From Capsulimonadales bacterium (GTDB lineage: Bacteria; Armatimonadota; Armatimonadia; Armatimonadales; Armatimonadaceae): a stretch of DNA of 64,000 nucleotides. This document shows, piece by piece, positions 10,307 through 19,455 of this stretch. Both the position numbers and the translations under genes were made by a program. The stretch covers positions 1 through 64,000 of the forward strand of contig JANRLW010000093.1 of NCBI GenBank assembly GCA_033762295.1. The letters are read 5' to 3'. How positions within the stretch are numbered: the stretch's first letter is position 1; each line of letters begins with the position of its first letter. Below the pieces are notes generated by a model. The model saw only the letters and a program-made list of their open reading frames with translations. It had not been told where the DNA came from and did no database searches.

Positions 10307-12024
10307 TTCCGGCCATCATCGTCTTTTGCTATCTCGCCATCGTCCTGTACATCGGCATCTTCGCCTTTCGCAAGGGGGCGTCGTCCGGGGAGGACTTTTT
10401 CCTCGCCAATCGCCGTCTCGGCCCGATGGTCTTTCTCCTGTCGCTGTTCGGAACGAACATGACCGCGGTCGCCATTCTGGGCAGTTCCGGGTTCGCGTAT
10501 CAACGGGGTATCGGCGTCTATGGCCTGATGGCCTCGTCGTCCGGCATCATCATTCCGCTGACGCTGTTCTTCATCGGGACGCGGCTCTGGGCGCTCGGAA
10601 AGCGGTTCGGGCATATGACGCAGGTGCAGTACCTGCGCGACCGCTGGGAGATGCGCGGAATCGGGACCTTTATCTTCGCCCTGACCGCCGTCATGCTCGT
10701 TCCCTACATCATCATCGGCGTGATGGGCGGTGGGGAGACGCTGGAGACGATCAGCGGCGGAGCAGTGCCTTACGAGGTGGGCGGCGCGGTCGTTGCCATC
10801 GTCGTCATGAGCTACGTCTTCTTCGGCGGGATGCGCGGGACCGCCTGGGTCAACACCTTCCAGACCGTCCTGTTCCTCTGCTTCGGCGCGATCGCCTTTA
10901 CGCTGATCGCTCAGAGCCTCGGCGGCTTTCCCGGCCTGATGAACCAGCTGGCCGCCTCGCCGAAAGCCTACCTCCTGTCGCGGGAGCGCATTCCGCCGGA
11001 GGAGTTTCTGAGCTATATGTTCATCCCGCTGTCCTCGATCATGTTCCCGCATATAGCGATCATGTGTATGACGGCGGAAAAGATCACCCATTTCAAGCGT
11101 ACGGTCATCTTCTATCCGCTCTGTATCATGTTTATCTGGCTGCCGTCCGTCTACCTGGGCGTGGTGGCGGCGACCCAGTATCCGAACCTGACGCCGGGTC
11201 AGGCGAACGACGTCATCATCCGTCTGTTGACCGACAACACCAATACGCTGGTTTCGGGAATTCTGGGAGCCGGGATCATGGCCTGCGTCATGGCCTCGGA
11301 CAGTCAGATCCTGGCGCTCAGCACCATGTTCACCGAGGACCTTTTCTCCTACTACGGCGGTCGGGCGAAGTACGGTCCCAAAGCGGAGGTCTGGGCGGGC
11401 CGCGCCTTCATCGTCGCGATCAGTGTCGTGGCCTACGGGATCGCGCTGCTGTTGAAGGACCGGGCCAATATCTTCGACCTGGCGATTCGCTTCGCGTTCT
11501 CCGGGTTCGCCGCCCTCGCCCCGGTGATGCTGGCGGCCCTTTTCTGGAAACGAAGCACGAAGTGGGGAGCGCTGGCCGCCTCGATCTGGGTACTGTTCGG
11601 TGTGCTGGGCATCTGGTACCTGACGGCGATTTCGGACCCGATCGCGCCGAGACCGCCCGCACCGCGCCCTGCCGGAACCGCCCCGCCCGGACGTGGCCCG
11701 TCAGGAACCGCCCTGACGGGACCGGCGACCGGACAGACCGGACCGGGCAGTCCGACCGGACCGACCGCCTCGGCGGGCGGGCCACCGACAGGTGGCGCGG
11801 GACGACCCGCCGGGGGTGGGCCGCCGCGCCCGCCGAGCGTGCGTATCTTCCCGCAACTGGGCGACCTGTTCCTGCGCGGGCCGATCAACGTCACCATCTT
11901 CGGGTTCCTGCCGGTGATGCCGATGGTGCTCGGATCGGCGTTGCTGATGATCGTCGTCTCCCTGCTCACCCGGCCGCCGAGCCAGGCGACGCTGGATCGA
12001 TATTTCCCGCCGAAGAACGATTAA
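10303..12024 (+). CDS. Sodium:solute symporter (SSS/PutP-PanF family)
   Basis: EDFFLANRRLGP, YVFFGGMRGTAWVNTFQ, many TM helices. Confidence 0.9.
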   Translation: MIPAIIVFCYLAIVLYIGIFAFRKGASSGEDFFLANRRLGPMVFLLSLFGTNMTAVAILGSSGFAYQRGIGVYGLMASSSGIIIPLTLFFIGTRLWALGKRFGHMTQVQYLRDRWEMRGIGTFIFALTAVMLVPYIIIGVMGGGETLETISGGAVPYEVGGAVVAIVVMSYVFFGGMRGTAWVNTFQTVLFLCFGAIAFTLIAQSLGGFPGLMNQLAASPKAYLLSRERIPPEEFLSYMFIPLSSIMFPHIAIMCMTAEKITHFKRTVIFYPLCIMFIWLPSVYLGVVAATQYPNLTPGQANDVIIRLLTDNTNTLVSGILGAGIMACVMASDSQILALSTMFTEDLFSYYGGRAKYGPKAEVWAGRAFIVAISVVAYGIALLLKDRANIFDLAIRFAFSGFAALAPVMLAALFWKRSTKWGALAASIWVLFGVLGIWYLTAISDPIAPRPPAPRPAGTAPPGRGPSGTALTGPATGQTGPGSPTGPTASAGGPPTGGAGRPAGGGPPRPPSVRIFPQLGDLFLRGPINVTIFGFLPVMPMVLGSALLMIVVSLLTRPPSQATLDRYFPPKND

Positions 12025-12079
12025 CTCTGCGCAAGAAAAAGGAAGCAAAACGGCGGGAATCGCTGTTGAAAGGGGTGCT

Positions 12080-13174
12080 ATGAACCTCAATACACCTGCA
12101 CCGGAAGCCGTTCGGGACGCCGCGGCCGCGCTTGACGCCCATGTTCGCGAAATCATCGCCTGGCACTTCTCCCCGGAAACGGGCTGTCCGTTCTGGCTCG
12201 AGTGGGCCGAACGCACCGGGTTCGATGCCGTTGCCGAAGTCACCTCCGCCGCCGACCTGCTGAAGTTCCCGCACTTTCAGGACGAATGGCTGCGCGACGA
12301 ACCGAACGAACGCTGGATTCCGAAACCGTATACCGGACGCCCGTTCCTGATCTTTGAGACCGGCGGAACCACCGGGATGCCCAAACAGCGCATCGGCTGG
12401 GAGGATCATCTGCGCGACTACGAGGAGTTTTCCGACTATCTGGACGCGCAGTACCCCGACGCATTCCCGCGCGGCGGCAACTGGCTGATGCTCGGTCCGA
12501 CCGGCCCGCGCCGGTTGCGCCTCGCCATCGAGCACCTGGCGCACGTGCGCGGCGGCTCCTGCTACCACGTCGACCTCGATCCCCGCTGGGTGAAACGACT
12601 GATCGCCAGCAAGGATTTCGAAATCGCCAAACGGTACAAGACGCACGTCGTCGAGCAGGGCGCGACCATTTTGAAAAACCGCAAGGTCAGCTGCCTCTTT
12701 ACCACACCCCTGCTGCTGGAAAGCCTGGACGAACATATCAACGTCCCGGACGCCGGAATCCGGGGCGTCTTCTGCGGCGGAACGCAGATGACGCCGCAGA
12801 CGGTCCGCTTCCTGACCGAGGAGGTGCTGGACTACCGGGCGGCGTTCGTTCCCACCTACGGCAACACGCTGATGGGGCTGGCCTGCTCCCGCCCGCTGAC
12901 ACCCGAGGACAACTGGAGCATCACCTACCATGCGCCGCAGCCGCGGGCCGTTCTCCGGGTCGTGGACCCCGGCGACACGACCAAACAGGTCGATCATGGA
13001 GCCTGGGGGCGCGTCGAACTGACCACGCTGACGAAGGAGTTTTTCATGCCGCGCTTCCTGGAACGGGACGAAGCGATCCGGCGCGAGCCATGGGGTTGTT
13101 TCGCCTGGGACGGCGTCGGCGAGGTGCGCCCGTTCGGCGCGCTGGAAACCAAGGCGATCGAAGGGGTCTATTAG
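12080..13174 (+). CDS. EhpF/GriC-like short adenylate-forming enzyme (aryl-carboxylate activating subunit family)
   Basis: WHFSPETGCPFWL, ETGGTTGMPK P-loop, DLDPRWVK, PTYGNT, ERD, terminal IEGVY, all matching my recollection of EhpF; only 364 aa. Confidence 0.75.
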   Translation: MNLNTPAPEAVRDAAAALDAHVREIIAWHFSPETGCPFWLEWAERTGFDAVAEVTSAADLLKFPHFQDEWLRDEPNERWIPKPYTGRPFLIFETGGTTGMPKQRIGWEDHLRDYEEFSDYLDAQYPDAFPRGGNWLMLGPTGPRRLRLAIEHLAHVRGGSCYHVDLDPRWVKRLIASKDFEIAKRYKTHVVEQGATILKNRKVSCLFTTPLLLESLDEHINVPDAGIRGVFCGGTQMTPQTVRFLTEEVLDYRAAFVPTYGNTLMGLACSRPLTPEDNWSITYHAPQPRAVLRVVDPGDTTKQVDHGAWGRVELTTLTKEFFMPRFLERDEAIRREPWGCFAWDGVGEVRPFGALETKAIEGVY

Positions 13175-13189
13175 AAGGGATCTATCCGA

Positions 13190-14611
13190 ATGTCCGCGCC
13201 TTATATCCCGGTCCTGCGCAAGGGCCAACCGTACGACAGCATGGACCGCAACGAACTGAAGAGCGTTCGCGGCGGCGAAACCGTCGGGACCGTCAGCATG
13301 ACGAACGCCGCGATGATCCGGCGTGACCTGCGAAAATCCGCCCGGGACGCGTTCCGGGAGTTCACCGTCGCCCGGATGCTGGAAATCAGCGCGTCGGCGG
13401 GACGCCTGTTTCTGGAGGAGACGCTGCCCCTCGGCGGCGGGGGGACGCAGACGCCGCAACAGTATATCGAAGCGCTCTCCGGGACCAGCGGTCTGCCGCA
13501 CTCGCTCATTCGGCGCAATATGGCCAAGGTCCACCAGGTCTTCACCGAGATGCCGACCATCCTGAAGGGGCTGACACGCGGCATGGACCCCGGAATCCTG
13601 GACACCGGGTACGGGGAGCAGGCCGGGGTGCCGGTCAGCTACTTCGCGGTGACGAACGCGCTGGGCGTCGTTCTTCCGAGCAACTCGCCGGGGGTAAACT
13701 CGCTGTGGATGCCGGCCATCGCGCTGAAGGTCCCGGTGGTGCTGAAACCGGGCCGCGAGGAGCCGTGGACACCGTTCCGGATCGTGCAGGCGTTCATTGC
13801 GGCGGGCTGTCCGGCGGAGGCGTTCTCGTTCTATCCCACCGACCACGAGGGTAGCGCGGCCATCATGGAAGCCTGCGGACGCGCCCTGATCTTCGGAGAC
13901 CAGGGCACGGTCGAGCGGTACGCCGGGAATCCGGGCGTCCAGGTGCATGGGCCGGGCTGGAGCAAAGTCATTATCGGCGAGGACTGTATCGAGGAGTGGC
14001 CGGAATATATCGATTTGATCGCCGATTCGATCGCCGAGAACGGCGGACGCAGCTGTATCAATGCCTCGGCGGTCGTGGTTCCGAAGTACGCCGATCGGAT
14101 CGCCGACGCTCTGGCGCGGAAACTGGCCGAAATCCGACCGCGTTCGGCGACCGACGAGCAGGCGACGCTGGCCGGGTTCGCCAATCCGAAGATGGCGGAG
14201 GCCATGGACGCCGCCGTTACCGAGGGGTTGAAGACCCCCGGCGCGGAGGAGGTGACCGCGAAGTATCGCGGCGCGGACCGACTGGTGACGCAGGACGGCA
14301 GCACCTATCTGTTGCCGACGGTCATCCGCTGTGCGTCGTTCGAGCATCCGCTGGCGAACCGCGAGTATCTCTTCCCGTATGCCAGCGTCGTCGAGACGCC
14401 GCAGACACAGGTCACCGAGAAGATCGGCCCCTCGCTGGTCGTAACGGCGTTGACCCGGGACGAGCGATTCATCCGGGAACTGCTCGACTCGCCGCACATC
14501 GAGCGGCTGAACATCGGCCCCCTGCCGACCTCGCGGGTCCGGTGGGACCAGCCGCACGAGGGAAATCTGTTCGAATTTCTATATCGCCGCCGTTCCATTC
14601 AGCGCGCCTGA
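13190..14611 (+). CDS. Aldehyde dehydrogenase-fold protein, probable acyl-adenylate/acyl reductase (EhpG/GriD/LuxC-like)
   Basis: PSNSP, LKPG, catalytic Cys in ENGGRSCINAS, EYLFP; HGPGWSK replaces the canonical ELGGK. Confidence 0.75.
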   Translation: MSAPYIPVLRKGQPYDSMDRNELKSVRGGETVGTVSMTNAAMIRRDLRKSARDAFREFTVARMLEISASAGRLFLEETLPLGGGGTQTPQQYIEALSGTSGLPHSLIRRNMAKVHQVFTEMPTILKGLTRGMDPGILDTGYGEQAGVPVSYFAVTNALGVVLPSNSPGVNSLWMPAIALKVPVVLKPGREEPWTPFRIVQAFIAAGCPAEAFSFYPTDHEGSAAIMEACGRALIFGDQGTVERYAGNPGVQVHGPGWSKVIIGEDCIEEWPEYIDLIADSIAENGGRSCINASAVVVPKYADRIADALARKLAEIRPRSATDEQATLAGFANPKMAEAMDAAVTEGLKTPGAEEVTAKYRGADRLVTQDGSTYLLPTVIRCASFEHPLANREYLFPYASVVETPQTQVTEKIGPSLVVTALTRDERFIRELLDSPHIERLNIGPLPTSRVRWDQPHEGNLFEFLYRRRSIQRA

Positions 14612-14644
14612 GGGCGGGCGAAACAACCGATAAAGGCAAAATCC

Positions 14645-15706
14645 ATGTACGACACCAGAGCCTATTCCGCCGACGCCGCGACCTCTCCGCTGGCTCCGAG
14701 GACGATTCCGCGCCGGGATCCGACCGAACGCGACGTGCGCATCGAGATCCTTTTCTGCGGTATCTGCCACTCCGACCTGCACACGGTCCGCAATGAGTGG
14801 AGCAGCATCATGCCGACGGTCTATCCGTGCGTTCCCGGTCATGAGATCATCGGGCGCGTGACCGAGGTCGGATCGTATGTCACCCGGTTCGCGCCCGGCG
14901 ATCTGGTCGGAGTCGGCTGCCTGGTGGATTCGGATGGCACCTGCCCGAACTGTCAGGCCGGCTTCGAGCAGTTCTGTCCGAACGCCGTGTTCACCTACAA
15001 CGGACCCGACCGGCATGGGACCGCTCCGGTCACCTACGGCGGATACTCCGATACGATCGTGGTGGACGAGGGGTTTGTTCTGCGCGTTCCGACCAACCTG
15101 GACCTGGCCGGAGCCGCCCCGCTCCTGTGCGCCGGGATCACCACCTACTCCCCGCTGCGTCGGGCGGGTGTCAAGGCGGGATCGAAGGTCGGCATCGTCG
15201 GTCTCGGCGGACTGGGCCACATGGGAGTCAAATTCGCAAGCGCGATGGGGGCGCATGTCGTGGTATTCACGACGTCGCCGCGCAAGATCGAGGACGCCCT
15301 GCGCCTCGGCGCGGACGAAGTCCTTCTCTCGACGGATGCCAACGCCTTGCGGGCGCACGCCGGGACTTTCGATTTTATCCTCGATGCCGTTTCTGCGGAG
15401 CACGATCTCAACACCTACCTGCAGCTTCTCGGTCGCGGCGGTAACCTGACCCTGGTCGGCGCGCCGGAAAAGCCCATGCCGGTGTCGTCCTTCGCCCTGC
15501 TGTTCGGAAACCACTCGCTCTCCGGATCGCTGATCGGCGGTATCCCCGAAACACAGGAGATGCTCGACTTCTGCGGCGAGCGGAATATCACCGCCGATGT
15601 CGAGGTCATCGCGATGCAGCAGGTCAACGAGGCGTACGAGCGAATGCTCCGGTCGGACGTAAAATACCGTTTCTCGATCGATATGGCGTCGCTGGCGTCG
15701 GAATAG
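14645..15706 (+). CDS. Zn-dependent NAD(P)H aldehyde reductase/alcohol dehydrogenase (CAD/YahK-like)
   Basis: CGICHSDLH, PGHEIIG, APLLCAGITTYSPL, GLGGLGHMG, DVKYRFSID. Confidence 0.92.
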   Translation: MYDTRAYSADAATSPLAPRTIPRRDPTERDVRIEILFCGICHSDLHTVRNEWSSIMPTVYPCVPGHEIIGRVTEVGSYVTRFAPGDLVGVGCLVDSDGTCPNCQAGFEQFCPNAVFTYNGPDRHGTAPVTYGGYSDTIVVDEGFVLRVPTNLDLAGAAPLLCAGITTYSPLRRAGVKAGSKVGIVGLGGLGHMGVKFASAMGAHVVVFTTSPRKIEDALRLGADEVLLSTDANALRAHAGTFDFILDAVSAEHDLNTYLQLLGRGGNLTLVGAPEKPMPVSSFALLFGNHSLSGSLIGGIPETQEMLDFCGERNITADVEVIAMQQVNEAYERMLRSDVKYRFSIDMASLASE

Positions 15707-15716
15707 GTCGGAATAG
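15697..15716 (+). repeat. 10-bp tandem duplication ending in the stop codon
   Basis: GTCGGAATAG x2. Confidence 0.85.
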
Positions 15717-15720
15717 CCGG

Positions 15721-16899
15721 ATGTCCGTCGCGGAAATCGACTGGCAGCCGCGAACCCGCCTGATCTTCGGCGCGGGGCGCCTGGTTCGTCTGGGCGACCT
15801 GGCGCGGGAGATCGGCGGAAAACGCGCCCTGCTCGTCACCGACCCCGGAGTTCGGGCCGCCGGTTACGCCGATACCGCCGGCGAACGGCTGGAGACCGCC
15901 GGGGTTGTCGTGTCGGTGTTCGACGAGGTGCCGGAGAACCCGACGTCGGCGACCGTCGAACGGTGCGCGGAAGCGGCCCGTGCGTTCGCCCCGGACCTGC
16001 TGATCGGGCTGGGCGGCGGCAGTGCGATGGATACGGCCAGGGGCGGGAACTTCCTCTACACCAACGGCGGGGCGATGCCGGACTATCGCGGATACGGGAA
16101 GGCCGAAAAGCCGATGCTGCCGCTGATCGCCGTTCCGACGACCGCCGGCACGGGCAGCGAGATGCAGTCGTACGCGGTCATCTCCGACGCTGAAACGCAT
16201 CGGAAGATGGCCTGTGGCGACCCGAAGGCGGCGGCCCGCGCCGCTCTGCTCGACCCGGAACTGACGCTTACCTGCCCGCGCCGGGTGACCGCCTGCGCCG
16301 GGATCGATGCGATCGCGCATGCGGTGGAAACGGCCGTCACGACGAAGGGAACCGCACTGTCGCGTCTGTTCTCACGCGAGGCGTTTCGTCTGCTCGCGGC
16401 GAACTTTCGGCGCGTGCTCGACGCGCCCGACGATCTCGACGCCCGTGGCGCGATGCTGCTCGGCGCGGCGTACGCCGGAAGCGCGATCGAGAACAGCATG
16501 CTCGGAGCGGCGCATTCCGCCGCCAATCCCCTGACCGCCCGGTCGAAGATCGTCCACGGACAGGCGGTCGGAATGATGTTGCCGTACGTCGTCGCGTTCA
16601 ACGCCTCGGAACCGGAAATCGCCGCCGCCTATGAAACGTGGGTTCGGCAGAGCGGACCGCCGATCGGAGAACCCGCCGTGGACTCGCTGATCGAATTCCT
16701 GCGCGGTTGCCTGATGGCCGCCGGTTTTCCGTCCACTCTGCGCGAGGCGGGGGTCACGGAGGAAGCGATTCCTCTCCTGGCGAAAGAGGCGGCGGAACAA
16801 TGGACCGTGCAGTTCAATCCCCGCCCGATCGGGGAGGAGGACTTCGTCGCCCTTTACCGGGATGCCCTGCACGGCGTCCCACCAGCAATTCGGAGGTAA
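15721..16899 (+). CDS. Iron-containing alcohol dehydrogenase
   Basis: GLGGGSAMD, PTTAGTGSE, DAIAHAVE, AHSAA, VHGQA. Confidence 0.92.
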   Translation: MSVAEIDWQPRTRLIFGAGRLVRLGDLAREIGGKRALLVTDPGVRAAGYADTAGERLETAGVVVSVFDEVPENPTSATVERCAEAARAFAPDLLIGLGGGSAMDTARGGNFLYTNGGAMPDYRGYGKAEKPMLPLIAVPTTAGTGSEMQSYAVISDAETHRKMACGDPKAAARAALLDPELTLTCPRRVTACAGIDAIAHAVETAVTTKGTALSRLFSREAFRLLAANFRRVLDAPDDLDARGAMLLGAAYAGSAIENSMLGAAHSAANPLTARSKIVHGQAVGMMLPYVVAFNASEPEIAAAYETWVRQSGPPIGEPAVDSLIEFLRGCLMAAGFPSTLREAGVTEEAIPLLAKEAAEQWTVQFNPRPIGEEDFVALYRDALHGVPPAIRR

Positions 16900-16907
16900 G
16901 GAAGCCC

Positions 16908-18254
16908 ATGCAGTACGATCTGTCTCGATGGTTGGTCGCCGCGCTTCTGATCGGTATTCCGGCGGCGCGCAGTGGGGCGCAGGACTGGCCGAACTGGCGG
17001 GGAGCGCAGTACAACGGCTCGTCGGCGGCAAAGAACCTTCCGGTGAAGTTCTCCCCCACGGAAAACGTGAAGTGGGCGGCGGACCTGCCCGGTCCGTCCG
17101 CCGCGACTCCCGTGATTTCGGGCGGGAATGTCTTCGTTTCCAGCGTCGACCTGAAAAACCGGACGCTCGTCGCGCTTTGCCTGGATCGGGCCACCGGAAA
17201 GGTGAAGTGGCAGCACTCGATCGGCAGCGGCTATCTGCCCGGCGGTGAGGGTAACGCCATTCAGTTGGATGAAAAGAGCAACTATGCTTCGCCGTCCCCG
17301 GTCACCGATGGCCGGCGCGTCGTGTTCTTTTTCGGAAACGGGGACCTCGCCGTGTTCGATCCGCTGGGGAAAAAACTGTGGCAGCGGAATCTGCAGAAGG
17401 AGTTCGGGGATTTCGCGTTCCAGTGGACGTTCGCCAGTAGCCCGGTCCTCTACGGCGGAAAACTGTACGTGCAGATTCTTCAGCGGAACCGTCCGGCAGG
17501 ATCGCGCGGCAAGGCGGACGCGCCCTCGTATCTGCTGGCGCTGTCTCCGGAGACCGGACAGGAACTGTGGCGCAGCGAGCGTCCGACCCCGGCGATCATG
17601 GAATCGCGCGAGGCGTACTCCACCCCGATCCCGCATGAGTACAACGGGCGGAAGGAACTGGTGATTGCCGGCGGCGATTTTGTCACCGGGCACGATCCGA
17701 ATACGGGCCGGGAACTATGGCGTTGGGGCACGTGGAACGAGGGGCATCGTGAAGCGTGGTGGCGTCTGGTGCCGTCGCCGGTCGTGGGGGAGGGGGTCGT
17801 GCTGGTTTGTGCGCCGAAACGCGCCCCGGTCTACGCGGCGAAACTGGGCGGCAGCGGGGTGCTCGGAGCGGATGCCCTAGCCTGGAAGAGCGAGGATCGC
17901 AGTTCGGTGACGAGCGATGTGCCGACCCCGCTCTACTACCAGGGGAAATTCTTTATTCTCAGCGACCTGCGCCGAACGCTGTCCTGCGTCGATCCGAAAA
18001 CCGGCGCGGTGGTGTGGTCGGTGCCGACGCCGGGGCGCGAACCCTGCTGGGCCTCCCCGACCGGCGCGGATGGTAAACTCTATCTCATGACCCTGGGCGG
18101 GACGGTGATCGTGGTTGACGCCGCGACCGGCAAGACGCTGGCCGAAAACCCGATGGATGAACCGGGGTCCGAGATCCGTTCGACCGTCGCCGTCGCGCAT
18201 GGCGCACTGTTCATTCGGACCTCGAACAAACTTTACTGCATCGCAAAAGGATAG
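16908..18254 (+). CDS. Secreted PQQ-binding-like beta-propeller protein (6 of 7)
   Basis: ATG 16908 after AAGGAAG; signal peptide, DWPNWRG, YASPSPVTDG. Confidence 0.85.
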   Translation: MQYDLSRWLVAALLIGIPAARSGAQDWPNWRGAQYNGSSAAKNLPVKFSPTENVKWAADLPGPSAATPVISGGNVFVSSVDLKNRTLVALCLDRATGKVKWQHSIGSGYLPGGEGNAIQLDEKSNYASPSPVTDGRRVVFFFGNGDLAVFDPLGKKLWQRNLQKEFGDFAFQWTFASSPVLYGGKLYVQILQRNRPAGSRGKADAPSYLLALSPETGQELWRSERPTPAIMESREAYSTPIPHEYNGRKELVIAGGDFVTGHDPNTGRELWRWGTWNEGHREAWWRLVPSPVVGEGVVLVCAPKRAPVYAAKLGGSGVLGADALAWKSEDRSSVTSDVPTPLYYQGKFFILSDLRRTLSCVDPKTGAVVWSVPTPGREPCWASPTGADGKLYLMTLGGTVIVVDAATGKTLAENPMDEPGSEIRSTVAVAHGALFIRTSNKLYCIAKG

Positions 18255-18262
18255 CACACATA

Positions 18263-19429
18263 ATGACGAGACAGCGAGGGTGCCGGTTACCGAAATGCGG
18301 CCTGTGGGCGATCATCGGCATCGCGGCGTTGCCCGGCGGGTGGCCGGTGTTCGCCCAGTCCGCGCCGACCCTCCCGGTTCCCTCGCCGGCCGCTCCGACC
18401 CCGGGCGCACGGTCGCTGCGGGTCGCTCCGGGCAAACTTCCGGATAAATTACGCCGGGCATGGCGGTTCCGAACGCGCGGACCGATCACCTCCTCGCCGG
18501 TCGCCGAAGCGGGACGGGTGTACGTCGGTTCCGAGGACGGTTTCGTCTATGCCGTCCGTCTGACCGACGGACGCAAGGTCTGGTCGTTCAAAACCGGCGG
18601 ATCGGTCGAGGCGACGCCCCACCTGACCGGCGAACTCGTCGTCATCGGCTCCTCCGACGGCAACCTCTATGCGCTCGACAGGGTCACCGGAAAACTGCGC
18701 TGGAAGTTCGCCACCGAGGGGAAGATTCTGGGCGGAGCGAACTCCGCGCCGCGCGCCGACGGCAAGGGACGAACGATCGCGGTCGGCAGTTACGATAACC
18801 GGGTCTACGGGATCGATGCCCGTACCGGACGCAAGGTCTGGGCCTACGAGACCGATAACTACGTGAACGGGATGCCCGCCATCTCGGGAAATCGGGTCAT
18901 CATCGGAGGGTGCGACGGAACTCTCCATGTCATCGACCTGAACACCGGAAAACGGCTGCTCGGTCTGCCGATCAGTGACTATATCGCCGGGTCCACCACG
19001 GTCGCCGGAACGCGCGCCTATGTGGGGCATTACGGGAACGCGGTGGTCTGCGCGGATGTCGTCTCCGGCGAAACCGTCTGGACCTATCGCGATCGTGGTT
19101 TTCCCTACTTTTCCACCCCGGCGGTGACCGGCGACCGGGTCATTCTCGGCGGGCGGGATCGGCGCGTCCATGCCATCCGGCGGGACGATGGCAAGGGACT
19201 CTGGCTCTTCCGGACCGGCGGCAAGGTGGATAGTTCCCCGACCGTCTGCGACGGCAAGGTGGTGATCGGTTCCGAGGACGGCAACCTGTACCTGCTCGGT
19301 CTGGACGACGGCAAGGAGCGTTGGCGATATCAGGTCGGCAGTCCGGTCATCAGTTCACCGTACGTGATCGACGGAACCGTTCTGGTCGGGGCGGACGACG
19401 GCTACCTTTACGCCTTTCGGGGGCGTTAA
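18263..19429 (+). CDS. BamB/AfsK-type PQQ-like beta-propeller protein (7 of 7)
   Basis: Regular W.F.T...SSP....G.VY.GS.DG.LYA repeats. Confidence 0.85.
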   Translation: MTRQRGCRLPKCGLWAIIGIAALPGGWPVFAQSAPTLPVPSPAAPTPGARSLRVAPGKLPDKLRRAWRFRTRGPITSSPVAEAGRVYVGSEDGFVYAVRLTDGRKVWSFKTGGSVEATPHLTGELVVIGSSDGNLYALDRVTGKLRWKFATEGKILGGANSAPRADGKGRTIAVGSYDNRVYGIDARTGRKVWAYETDNYVNGMPAISGNRVIIGGCDGTLHVIDLNTGKRLLGLPISDYIAGSTTVAGTRAYVGHYGNAVVCADVVSGETVWTYRDRGFPYFSTPAVTGDRVILGGRDRRVHAIRRDDGKGLWLFRTGGKVDSSPTVCDGKVVIGSEDGNLYLLGLDDGKERWRYQVGSPVISSPYVIDGTVLVGADDGYLYAFRGR

Positions 19430-19455
19430 TCCCGATTAATCGGGATTAATCTCGA
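19426..19455. repeat. 24-bp perfect palindrome and 10-bp tandem repeat joining two convergent stop codons
   Basis: TTAATCCCGA TTAATCGGGA TTAATCTCGA; 19426-19449 is self-complementary. Confidence 0.85.

Noticed and set aside
12080..14611. Phenazine biosynthesis or lux bioluminescence cluster
   Set aside because: No phzA/B/D/E/F/G, luxA/B or luxD homologues are visible; only the activating/reducing pair is present
1181..19429. Calling the propellers true PQQ-dependent dehydrogenases or BamB
   Set aside because: Most are shorter than quinoprotein ADHs, I see no vicinal Cys-Cys motif or clear lipobox, and there are no pqq or bam genes nearby; only the fold is supported
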